Source of the DNA: a virus
Taxonomy: Duplodnaviria > Caudoviricetes
DNA: 58,347 bases
Virus record (IMG/VR): IMGVR_UViG_3300009103_001673
Location: 1-58,347 of that record
Reading direction: 5' to 3' (one strand)
In this document: in pieces, positions 10,816-18,872 of the stretch
Numbering within the stretch: position 1 is the stretch's first letter
Layout: each line of letters opens with the position of its first letter
Notes under the pieces: generated by a model
Databases searched by the model: none
What the model was told of the DNA's origin: nothing
The model's input: the letters and a program-made list of their open reading frames with translations, nothing else
Translations under genes and position numbers: made by a program

Positions 10816-11478
10816 ATGCTTGACAATGTTAGTAGTATTATAATTCCGGCGAGAGAGGGATCTAAGGGGATTAAGCATAAGAATAGATTTCTTTTAAATT
10901 TTACTCTAGACGAATTACTTAAAGACGTTTTATCTAAAGTTATTGTTTCTACAGATGATAACGCGATTAAGGAAAAGGTTCTCAGACATAGCGATATGAT
11001 TCGGGTTCATAGTAGAAGTTTTGAAAGCTCTACTGATGGTGCGCCAGTTAGTCATTGTGTTAAAGAGGTTTTGGATTATTATAGCCCAGATCCTAAAAGC
11101 GATGTTATGGTCTTATATCTAACTTATCCAGAAAGGACGTATTCTGATATTGTTCAGATATATGAATGGTATATAAAAAATAATTTTAAATCTTTGTTGT
11201 GTAGAGGTGATATTGATCCACACGCCCATCCCTATCTTTGTTTTATCGACAATGAGGATGGTACTGGGGTTCCTTTAATCAACCACAACCTCTATAGAAG
11301 GCAAGAGTATCCTAAATGTTTTCATGTATCTCATTTTATTTCGATGTTTCGGGTTTCTGAATTTGATAGACTGAATCATCAACTATATAATACGGAGACT
11401 GGGTTTTACGCTTTGGATAAAAAGTCTGATATTGATACTCATGATGATTTGAGGCAATTTTTAAAGGAAGCAAACTAA
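10816..11478 (+). CDS. neuA: CMP-nonulosonic (sialic) acid synthetase, cytidylyltransferase
   Basis: IIPAREGSKGIKHKN, VSTDD, TYPER, RRQEYP, DIDTHDD. Confidence 0.9.
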   Translation: MLDNVSSIIIPAREGSKGIKHKNRFLLNFTLDELLKDVLSKVIVSTDDNAIKEKVLRHSDMIRVHSRSFESSTDGAPVSHCVKEVLDYYSPDPKSDVMVLYLTYPERTYSDIVQIYEWYIKNNFKSLLCRGDIDPHAHPYLCFIDNEDGTGVPLINHNLYRRQEYPKCFHVSHFISMFRVSEFDRLNHQLYNTETGFYALDKKSDIDTHDDLRQFLKEAN

Positions 11479-12323
11479 TGATAGATTTTGGTGAATTGTA
11501 TTTAATTGGTGAAATTGGCATTAACCATAATGGGGATTTGCAAATTGCAAAAAAGTTAATTGATGCCTCATTTGCATGTGATTGGGATTGTGTAAAGTTT
11601 CAAAAGAGAAATCCCGATGTATGTGTCCCTGACCACCAAAAGGATGTTTTAAGACAAACTCCTTGGGGTGAAATGACATACCTTGAGTATAAGTATAGAG
11701 TTGAGTTTGGTGAGAATGAATATGACTATATTGACTCATACTGCAAAGAAAAACAAATTGATTGGACCGTTTCTGTTTGGGATTTGGATAGTTTGGAATT
11801 TATGTCTAGATACAAGGTTCCGTTTATAAAGATCCCTTCTGCAATGCTAACTAATGATGCTTTAATTCAGGCGACAGCAGATACAGGAAATCCGATAATT
11901 TTAAGCACAGGAATGAGTACATTAGAGGAAGTTGACCACGCAGTATCTTTATTGTCAGATAGAAATTTTAATGACTATGCTATACTACATTGTAATTCTA
12001 CATATCCTGCACCAATAGCAGATTTAAATCTTAATAATATTAAGATGTTTTCTGATAGATATAATGTCCCGGTTGGGTATTCTGGTCATGAGAGTAATGT
12101 AATCCCTTCTGTTATTGCACATACACTTGGAGCAAATATTATTGAACGACATATTACGCTTAATCATAATATGTGGGGAACGGATCAAAAGACTTCGTTA
12201 GAAGTTCATGCGATGAATATGTTAAAAGCTCGTTGTGATGATGCTCGTTTGGTTCTTGGTTCTTATGAAAGAGTTCTTTGTGGAAGTGAATTAGAAGTTA
12301 GAAAGAAATTAAGAGGAAATTAA
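11478..12323 (+). CDS. neuB: N-acetylneuraminate/nonulosonate synthase family, short form lacking C-terminal SAF domain
   Basis: EIGINHNGD, KFQKR, LSTGMS, LHCNSTYP, GYSGHE, IERHITL. Confidence 0.95.
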   Translation: MIDFGELYLIGEIGINHNGDLQIAKKLIDASFACDWDCVKFQKRNPDVCVPDHQKDVLRQTPWGEMTYLEYKYRVEFGENEYDYIDSYCKEKQIDWTVSVWDLDSLEFMSRYKVPFIKIPSAMLTNDALIQATADTGNPIILSTGMSTLEEVDHAVSLLSDRNFNDYAILHCNSTYPAPIADLNLNNIKMFSDRYNVPVGYSGHESNVIPSVIAHTLGANIIERHITLNHNMWGTDQKTSLEVHAMNMLKARCDDARLVLGSYERVLCGSELEVRKKLRGN

Positions 12324-12326
12324 ATT

Positions 12327-13031
12327 ATGAAAACAATACACATTGTAGATAAGCTGAGAGAGTTGGATTTTGAGTTGGAAGATTTGACTTTGGGTGATTT
12401 TGATATTATTGGCGAAGCCTGTGCCAAAAAACAACGCAGCAAAGATTCTGATTTATATAAATCTGTGGGCGCATTCTTTAGACCAAATTATGAAAGAGGT
12501 CTTTTGATTTATTCTATAATATTAACTTATGATATTCAGTCGTTCTTAGAAATCGGATTTGGTCGGGGTTATGGAACTCTTTGTGCTGCGATGGCAATGT
12601 ATGAAAATGGTGGAGGCACTATTACTACAATTGATCCTAATTTTGATCAAACTCATATTAATCGACTAAAACAATCCTTTCCAAAAGATTGGTTTGATAT
12701 GATAAATTTTGTTTCTGGGTTTTCTCAAAATTATCTGTTTGAGAATGACGATAAATTTGATTTCATTTATATTGATGGCGATCATCGTTATGATGCAGTA
12801 AAGCGAGATTGGCAGCTTTGCGAAAAGCGTTACAACAAACTTCTTTTGTTTGACGATTACAATCCAGTTTCAGAAACTCAAGCGACTGATATAGAATGTT
12901 ACAAATTGATTGACGAAATTGAAGATGATTCCAAAGAATTGATCATAATGGACCGTAGAATATTTTTTGATGATCGTAGATACGCAGATGATGAAATTAA
13001 GTACGGTCAAGTCTTGTTAACAACTGGGTAG
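12327..13031 (+). CDS. Class I SAM methyltransferase (Methyltransf_24-like)
   Basis: LEIGFGRGYGT, FIYIDGDHRY, LFDDY. Confidence 0.85.
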   Translation: MKTIHIVDKLRELDFELEDLTLGDFDIIGEACAKKQRSKDSDLYKSVGAFFRPNYERGLLIYSIILTYDIQSFLEIGFGRGYGTLCAAMAMYENGGGTITTIDPNFDQTHINRLKQSFPKDWFDMINFVSGFSQNYLFENDDKFDFIYIDGDHRYDAVKRDWQLCEKRYNKLLLFDDYNPVSETQATDIECYKLIDEIEDDSKELIIMDRRIFFDDRRYADDEIKYGQVLLTTG

Positions 13032-13036
13032 AATAA

Positions 13037-13954
13037 TTGATGATGAAATTATATCTAAATGCACCAAATGAGAATTGGATATTGGATCGGTATAAAACCG
13101 AGTGGAATACATATAATTCAGAATATTCTACTACAGATATATCTTCGGCTGATATTATTTGGTTGCTTGATTCGTATACATGGAACAGAATTGACCCGTT
13201 CCTATTAGAAAATAAAATAGTGGTAAGTACAATTACGCACATTGCTCCAGAGAAGTTCGATTATGAATCATTTAACCGCAAAGATAAATTTGTAAATTAC
13301 TATCACGCGATGTGTAGTCGTAGTGGTGAGGATGTAAGAAAGATAACAGACAAACCTGTTACTTCTTTGCAGTTTTGGGTTAATGATCAACTTTGGAATG
13401 AGGCGACAGATGATGTTTCTGTATTAAGGCGAAGATATAAATTACCCCAAAAGAAGGTTTTGGTTGGATCTTTTCAAAGAGATACAGAAGGACATGATCT
13501 TGTTTCTCCAAAATTAGTAAAGGGTCCAGATTTGTTTTGTGATTATATGGAACATATGAAGGCAATTATTGGAAATAATTTGGAAGTTGTGCTTGCTGGT
13601 TGGAGAAGGCAATATGTGATGAAACGTTTAGACGAAGCCGGAATTAAATATCACTATTTTGAAATGTGTGATTTTGAGACTCTTAATGAATTGTATAATT
13701 GTATTGACCTGTATGTGGTATCTTCAAGAATAGAAGGAGGACCGCAGGCAGTGCCAGAATGTGCAATTACACGGACTCCGATTATCTCTACAGATGTAGG
13801 ATTGGCATCAGAAATACTTGCTCCTGAATCTGTCAATGATGATCTCAGTAAAGCCATGCCAAATGTGGATTATGCATATAATAAAGTTCAACAATATAAG
13901 ATAAAATATCATATGAACAAATTTGTTCATTTTTTTGATCAAATCTGTAGTTAA
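13037..13954 (+). CDS. Glycosyltransferase family 4 (GT-B)
   Basis: GSFQRDTEG, KGPD, SSRIEGGPQAVPECA, ISTDVG. Confidence 0.88.
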   Translation: MMMKLYLNAPNENWILDRYKTEWNTYNSEYSTTDISSADIIWLLDSYTWNRIDPFLLENKIVVSTITHIAPEKFDYESFNRKDKFVNYYHAMCSRSGEDVRKITDKPVTSLQFWVNDQLWNEATDDVSVLRRRYKLPQKKVLVGSFQRDTEGHDLVSPKLVKGPDLFCDYMEHMKAIIGNNLEVVLAGWRRQYVMKRLDEAGIKYHYFEMCDFETLNELYNCIDLYVVSSRIEGGPQAVPECAITRTPIISTDVGLASEILAPESVNDDLSKAMPNVDYAYNKVQQYKIKYHMNKFVHFFDQICS

Positions 13955-14050
13955 ATATAGCTTGTTATTTTTGAACAAATTTAACGAAGTTGATTATAAT
14001 TATATTGAACTAAGAAATGTTCATCAAGACAAAAAAATGCTCATCAGGTC

Positions 14051-14078
14051 TTGACAAGAAATCTCAGGATGCTATAAT
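14051..14078 (+). promoter_or_regulatory. Sigma70-type early promoter
   Basis: TTGACA-N16-TATAAT with extended TG (TGcTATAAT); a second TTGAAC-N18-TATAAT at 13971-14000. Confidence 0.85.
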
Positions 14079-14123
14079 ATGCATACGGTGGAAATTACTA
14101 CCTTTTGAAAGGAATCTTGGTAC

Positions 14124-15275
14124 ATGGCGCGTAAAGCCGCAAAAGCCCTCAAATCCTATGAATTGATGGATTTGGGGAAAGAGCCTGAATGGGATGAACA
14201 ACACGACCTCGAAGACTCGGAGTTGACTTTTCATTTTTCCAGGGCATTAAATTGGTATAATTATAATTATACTTCAAAGCATGGACAGGACTTTCTTGTG
14301 AAATACATGAAGTCTGTAAAGAAACACAAAAAGAATGCCGATGCCGTTTCGGCATTGGAGCCTTGGCAGATTGGTAAACCATATGGTTCGCTTGCCATAA
14401 TGGCTCTGAATGGTCTTGAATTTCCTTCTGTTCTTTCGCAATATAAAGACAGATTTGAATCGAGAATTTCGGAACTTGTTGAGAAGGGAAAGGAAGTTCT
14501 TGCCAAGAAAAAGGTAAAGGTTCTTGCCAAGAAAAAGGCACCTGTCGTTTCTATTCAGGAACGAGTTCGTGCAGTTTCTTCTGAACATCTCGGAAACATT
14601 GAAGGTTTGGTTGACGATTTTGTTGAGAATAATTGCAAAAAGAAGATAAATCTTTACGATTGGCTCCAAAAGTCTGGGGTCAAGGGTGGTCATATGAATC
14701 ATATCATTGACTATTACAAGGAACAGTATGCAGAAATGCAGGAAGTTCTTTTGGGTAAAGATGATGATCTCAATGAGGGTTATGCGTTTTTGTCAAAGCC
14801 CCGCAAGAAGAAGTTGGCATTATTGTATGCCAGCTTTATTGCCGATTCTCAGGAATGGCAGAAGAATTGTCGCGGCAAGCGCAAGGCACGCAAGCGTAAG
14901 GTAAGGACACCGAAAGAGTTGGTAAAGTCTTTTGTCTACAAGAAGGAAGATGAAGACTTTGACCTTGAAAGTGTCAAGCCTGTTGAGATTATCGGAGCAT
15001 CTCAGGTTTGGTTATTTGATACCAAGACTCGGTTCATGTACAAGTATGTTTCGGATGTTGGCATGACTGTCAAGGGAAGCACCATCAAAGACTTTGACCC
15101 GACACAATCATTCAAGAAGAAGGTTCGCGAAATGTATTGCGATGAGGTTCTTGATGATGTTATTGATGGCGGAAAGGTCAAGTTGCGTAAGGCACTTGAT
15201 TCTATCAAGGCAAAGGAGGTTCCTGTGACTGGCCGTGTCGGCAAGGAAATGGTGATTGTGAGGGTGATGAAGTGA
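14124..15275 (+). CDS. Hypothetical basic phage protein, probable early gene
   Basis: 383-aa Lys-rich ORF with AAAGGA RBS directly behind the promoter. Confidence 0.8.
   Translation: MARKAAKALKSYELMDLGKEPEWDEQHDLEDSELTFHFSRALNWYNYNYTSKHGQDFLVKYMKSVKKHKKNADAVSALEPWQIGKPYGSLAIMALNGLEFPSVLSQYKDRFESRISELVEKGKEVLAKKKVKVLAKKKAPVVSIQERVRAVSSEHLGNIEGLVDDFVENNCKKKINLYDWLQKSGVKGGHMNHIIDYYKEQYAEMQEVLLGKDDDLNEGYAFLSKPRKKKLALLYASFIADSQEWQKNCRGKRKARKRKVRTPKELVKSFVYKKEDEDFDLESVKPVEIIGASQVWLFDTKTRFMYKYVSDVGMTVKGSTIKDFDPTQSFKKKVREMYCDEVLDDVIDGGKVKLRKALDSIKAKEVPVTGRVGKEMVIVRVMK
14496..14538 (+). repeat. 19-nt direct repeat (24-nt period) encoding VLAKKK twice
   Basis: GTTCTTGCCAAGAAAAAGG at 14496-14514 and 14520-14538. 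Confidence 0.85.
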
Positions 15276-15370
15276 TCGTTGAAACTCCGTGGGTGAAGTG
15301 TCCAAAGTGTGGTGAAAGGATGTGGCTTTTTGCCAATCACCATCGGTGTGGATGGAAAAGAGAAAAATGA
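15272..15370 (+). CDS. 32-aa zinc-ribbon microprotein (not in ORF track)
   Basis: MIVETPWVKCPKCGERMWLFANHHRCGWKREK; GTGA overlap upstream, ATGA overlap downstream, GAGGGTG RBS. Confidence 0.75.
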   Translation: MIVETPWVKCPKCGERMWLFANHHRCGWKREK

Positions 15371-15741
15371 ATAATCAACTTATGGTGTTTCTTGGTACAC
15401 AAGATGTTTGGGAAAATTCTGATCCTGGGGATGAGTGGATACACGTAAAGACACCGGCACAGGCTATTGCATTATTGGAGACTGGAGAGGTTTCGGATTT
15501 GTCTTTGGAACATGAGCTTGATTGTGATAAGAGTGATGGCACTGGAATTGATGTGCTAGAGTGGATAGAAGAACAGGTTTTCCTTAGTGAAAGGGGAAAT
15601 TATTATTCTGGTCTAGGGCTATTAGGAAAAACACCGAGAAACTTTTTTGCTCCACCGAAGACCATTACTGCATATTCGGATGATAAAGATGTGCAAAAGG
15701 AAATGAATGCAAAGATTGAAAAAATTAAGCAGGTGAAATAG
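15367..15741 (+). CDS. Cyclic-phosphate processing receiver (cREC)-like protein, degenerate motifs
   Basis: W..VKT..QAIALLETGEV..LSLEHEL....GTGIDVLEWIEE pattern. Confidence 0.7.
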   Translation: MNNQLMVFLGTQDVWENSDPGDEWIHVKTPAQAIALLETGEVSDLSLEHELDCDKSDGTGIDVLEWIEEQVFLSERGNYYSGLGLLGKTPRNFFAPPKTITAYSDDKDVQKEMNAKIEKIKQVK

Positions 15742-15743
15742 AG

Positions 15744-16553
15744 ATGAAACTTAATTTTGAAATTAAAGAAATCTCCAAACAAGCTGCTGTAGTATTTGTG
15801 GGCGAACATCATTATTCTCCTGTCATGCCTGTGCTGACAAAATATTATCTTGGTGGGTTTATTGATGGGGAGCTTCAAGCAGTTCTAACTCTTGGGTGGG
15901 GTACACAACCAAAGGCTACAATAAAAAAATTGTTTCCCAATTTAGACAATCAAGATTATTATGAAATTGGTAAGATGTGTTTGCTTGATGAGTTGCCAAG
16001 AAATTCGGAAACGCAATTTTTGTCTTCGGTGGTTAAGTGGATGAAAATGAATTTGCCAGAGATAAAGTTTTTATATACTTTGGCAGATGGCATCATGGGA
16101 AAGCCTGGGTATGTTTATCAGGCTGCAAGTTTTTTGTATGGTGGATATTTTAAAACGAGTGTGTATAGAAGTAGTACGGGAGAAAAGATACATCCAAGAA
16201 CATCTAAAAAATTATGTGAAGAAAATGCTAAATTTTTAAACAAGAAGAAAGTTTTTTGGTTGACTCATGATTTTATGGAAACAAAGGGAATTGAAAAATA
16301 TAATGGTCTAATGTTTAGATATATTTTTCCTTTGAGTAAAAAAGCAAAAAGGATTATAAAAAATGACTCTACTGTAGAATGGAGTAAAAACTATCCAAAA
16401 GGTAAAGACCTTAAATTTTGGAAAATGATGGGTAAGGGATTGTATGAAGAAGTAGATGCACCGACATTTAATTATGATGTTGTAGTATACAATGAAAAGA
16501 ATATAAAATTAAATAGAGCAAATGAGTGTTCTACATTAGAGAGATTTTTTTAA
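15744..16553 (+). CDS. Mom-family GNAT DNA base-modifying enzyme
   Basis: HHYS, EIGKMCL...PRNSETQFLS, TLADG..GKPGYVYQAASFLYGG, HPRT resemble phage Mu Mom. Confidence 0.75.
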   Translation: MKLNFEIKEISKQAAVVFVGEHHYSPVMPVLTKYYLGGFIDGELQAVLTLGWGTQPKATIKKLFPNLDNQDYYEIGKMCLLDELPRNSETQFLSSVVKWMKMNLPEIKFLYTLADGIMGKPGYVYQAASFLYGGYFKTSVYRSSTGEKIHPRTSKKLCEENAKFLNKKKVFWLTHDFMETKGIEKYNGLMFRYIFPLSKKAKRIIKNDSTVEWSKNYPKGKDLKFWKMMGKGLYEEVDAPTFNYDVVVYNEKNIKLNRANECSTLERFF

Positions 16554-16566
16554 AGGAATATAATAA

Positions 16567-17415
16567 ATGCCTATTCTAGTTGATTTTAATCAAATTACAA
16601 TATCCAATCTTATGATCAATCTCAAGATGGGTCATATAGATGAAGTTGATGAGGGTATGCTTCGACATATGATTCTTAATTCGCTTCGATATAATAGAAG
16701 CAAGTTTGTTGAAAGATATGGTGAACTTGTTATTTGTTGTGATGGGCGGGAGACATGGCGTCGTGATGTGTTTCCTTTTTATAAGGCAAATCGTAAGAAA
16801 ACGCGAGCATCATCTGGCTATGATTGGAACCTAATTTTTGAAACGCTAAATAAAATTAGGGATGAACTTGATGAGTATTTTCCTTATAAAGTAGTTCATC
16901 TTGACCGCGCCGAGGCAGATGATATTATTGCTGTCTTGGCCAAACAATGGACGACGAATGGAGAAAAGGTTTTGATTTTGTCGGGAGACAAAGATTTTAT
17001 GCAGTTGCAAAAATATGACCACATAGACCAATATTCGCCTGTCCAAAAGAAGTTTCTTCGGGTGAAGAATCCAAAAGAATTTTTATTTGAGCATATTGTT
17101 CGTGGTGATACAGGAGATGGTATTCCTAATTGCCTGAGTAAAGATTCTACATTTGTGACCGGAGAGCGACAAACACCAGTCACAAAAAAGAGACTTGCCG
17201 AGTGGATGAAGGCAGGAAAGGTTAATTACAAGAATGGAGATGTGGGATTTGATCGGAATCAACGATTGATTGATTTTGATTTCATTCCAGAAGATTTGGC
17301 AAGAGAGATTGCTGACACATACATTTCGGCAAATGTAAAAGAACGCGAAACGTTATTTAATTATTTTGTCACCAATCGTCTAACAAAACTAATGAAAGAT
17401 ATTCAGGAGTTCTAA
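16567..17415 (+). CDS. rnh: T4-like RNase H (5'-3' flap exonuclease)
   Basis: LVDFNQ, WRRDVFPFYKANRK, AEADDIIA, SGDKDFMQL, GDTGDGIPN. Confidence 0.95.
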   Translation: MPILVDFNQITISNLMINLKMGHIDEVDEGMLRHMILNSLRYNRSKFVERYGELVICCDGRETWRRDVFPFYKANRKKTRASSGYDWNLIFETLNKIRDELDEYFPYKVVHLDRAEADDIIAVLAKQWTTNGEKVLILSGDKDFMQLQKYDHIDQYSPVQKKFLRVKNPKEFLFEHIVRGDTGDGIPNCLSKDSTFVTGERQTPVTKKRLAEWMKAGKVNYKNGDVGFDRNQRLIDFDFIPEDLAREIADTYISANVKERETLFNYFVTNRLTKLMKDIQEF

Positions 17416-17420
17416 TATAA

Positions 17421-17627
17421 ATGAGTAAGACAAATCGCGACCGAAATCGTAATCATGCATTTGATGAAGAAGATGGAGATTATAAGTTTCGGAAGGAAAC
17501 CAAGAAAAGACGAAAGAAGAATCGGAGATTTGTGGATCAAAGTCTCAAAGATATTGTTCGTACCAATGGAGAATTTGATGAAACTGAGTTGGATGAAGAG
17601 ATGTTTTTTCTTGAAGAAGACTATTAA
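17421..17627 (+). CDS. Small highly charged hypothetical protein
   Basis: 68 aa, basic middle and acidic tail; AGGAG upstream. Confidence 0.7.
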   Translation: MSKTNRDRNRNHAFDEEDGDYKFRKETKKRRKKNRRFVDQSLKDIVRTNGEFDETELDEEMFFLEEDY

Positions 17628-17640
17628 GTAAGATAAAAAA

Positions 17641-17937
17641 CCTGGGGCACGATCCCCGAGACACAAGGAGGTTCCCAGCAAAATGCTACGGGATTATGGT
17701 TAAGGATAATAGTAATAATAATAACCTTTACCAATCCATTGCCATGCTTTTGACATGGGTGGCGGCTACTGGGTCCGTTAAGAATCAATTAATTAAGTCC
17801 TGTGTTAATGTCTGCTTAGTTGGGCGAAGATCATCGGCATAATTGAGTCTGCTTATCTATAGTATAGATAATTAGTATAGTAGTATAACATACCGGGGAC
17901 GGGACTATAGCTTCGGCAAGCCCCGTCCCCATTTTTT
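17641..17937. ncRNA. Candidate structured non-coding RNA / regulatory leader
   Basis: ~300-nt intergenic region with a nested set of helices and terminator-like hairpins at both ends; no known family recognised. Confidence 0.45.
17895..17937 (+). terminator. Intrinsic terminator
   Basis: GGGGACGGG/CCCGTCCCC stem capped by cUUCGg tetraloop, followed by ATTTTTT. Confidence 0.75.
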
Positions 17938-17950
17938 GGAATTTGAGGAC

Positions 17951-18436
17951 ATGAAAAGAAATTTATTAAAGCCTTATGATTTTCAAGTGAATCGTAGACC
18001 AGAAGAAATGGCAGACGACTATTATCTTGGAGAAAATACAATGCCTTCAATGAATATGTTGATTGGATATTCCGAAAAACGGAAAGACCAATGGATTTTG
18101 AGATATACAAAAGAAGAGGATGTTGTGTTTTATTCGCCCATTAATAATGACTACAATGAAGATTTAAGTTTTTCGTATGGTCAGATGGTTCAAAGGTGGA
18201 AATTTATTAGAAGACTTAAAGCTATAGCAAAAAACAAAGCAAACAGTCCTGCTGTTATTTTAACAGGTAATGATTTTTTGAGAGCAAAAGATAGAATTTA
18301 TTTGCTCAATCTTTTTCCAAACTATAGAAAATGTGCAATTGTTTGGGAAGATCAACTTGAAGAGATGAAACAATTGGGCTATGAACGCCCTACAGTGAAT
18401 GAAGGGTTTTCTGATTTTACTTATTATATTTCGTAA
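17951..18436 (+). CDS. Degenerate P-loop kinase-like (AAA_33/PNK-like) protein
   Basis: MLIGYSEKRKDQW at Walker A position, R..LL..FPNYRKCAIVW, ERPTVNEGF C-terminal motif. Confidence 0.55.
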   Translation: MKRNLLKPYDFQVNRRPEEMADDYYLGENTMPSMNMLIGYSEKRKDQWILRYTKEEDVVFYSPINNDYNEDLSFSYGQMVQRWKFIRRLKAIAKNKANSPAVILTGNDFLRAKDRIYLLNLFPNYRKCAIVWEDQLEEMKQLGYERPTVNEGFSDFTYYIS

Positions 18437-18451
18437 AAGGAAAAAAATAAT

Positions 18452-18844
18452 ATGAAAGATTTTATAGAAACAAGAGACGCAATATCATTTGTGGATAATT
18501 ATAGTGTGGTGTTGTTGATCTTTTTTGTTTTATTTTTGACTGCTGTGTGCTTCATACATTATATGTCTTTTTTTAATTTTGTGGTTATGGTTGGGAGTAT
18601 TATTACAGTTTGTTGGCTTGTTGGGAAGTGTGCATATGCAATGGGAAAAGACACTGGCATTAATTATACTATGGAAACTCTGGTTGATCATGGGATAATT
18701 CAGGCAGAAGCAACAGAGGATGATGTAGAACTCAAGGTCGAACCCAATGTAGTTTATTATGACCGATGTAATAATTGCGGAGAGGGTTGGATTGCAAATC
18801 CTTCTGCAACCAAAAGACATAGATATAATGCAACTCGCAAATGA
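18452..18844 (+). CDS. Hypothetical membrane protein (2 TM segments, C-terminal CxxC)
   Basis: Two hydrophobic stretches; CNNCG. Confidence 0.7.
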   Translation: MKDFIETRDAISFVDNYSVVLLIFFVLFLTAVCFIHYMSFFNFVVMVGSIITVCWLVGKCAYAMGKDTGINYTMETLVDHGIIQAEATEDDVELKVEPNVVYYDRCNNCGEGWIANPSATKRHRYNATRK

Positions 18845-18872
18845 TAAATAATTGTTTTGGGGCGTACAAGAA

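Noticed and set aside
17644-17930. tRNA, tmRNA or RNase P RNA
   Set aside because: Begins GGGGC, but there is no T-arm/CCA end, tag reading frame or GAGGAAAGUCC core
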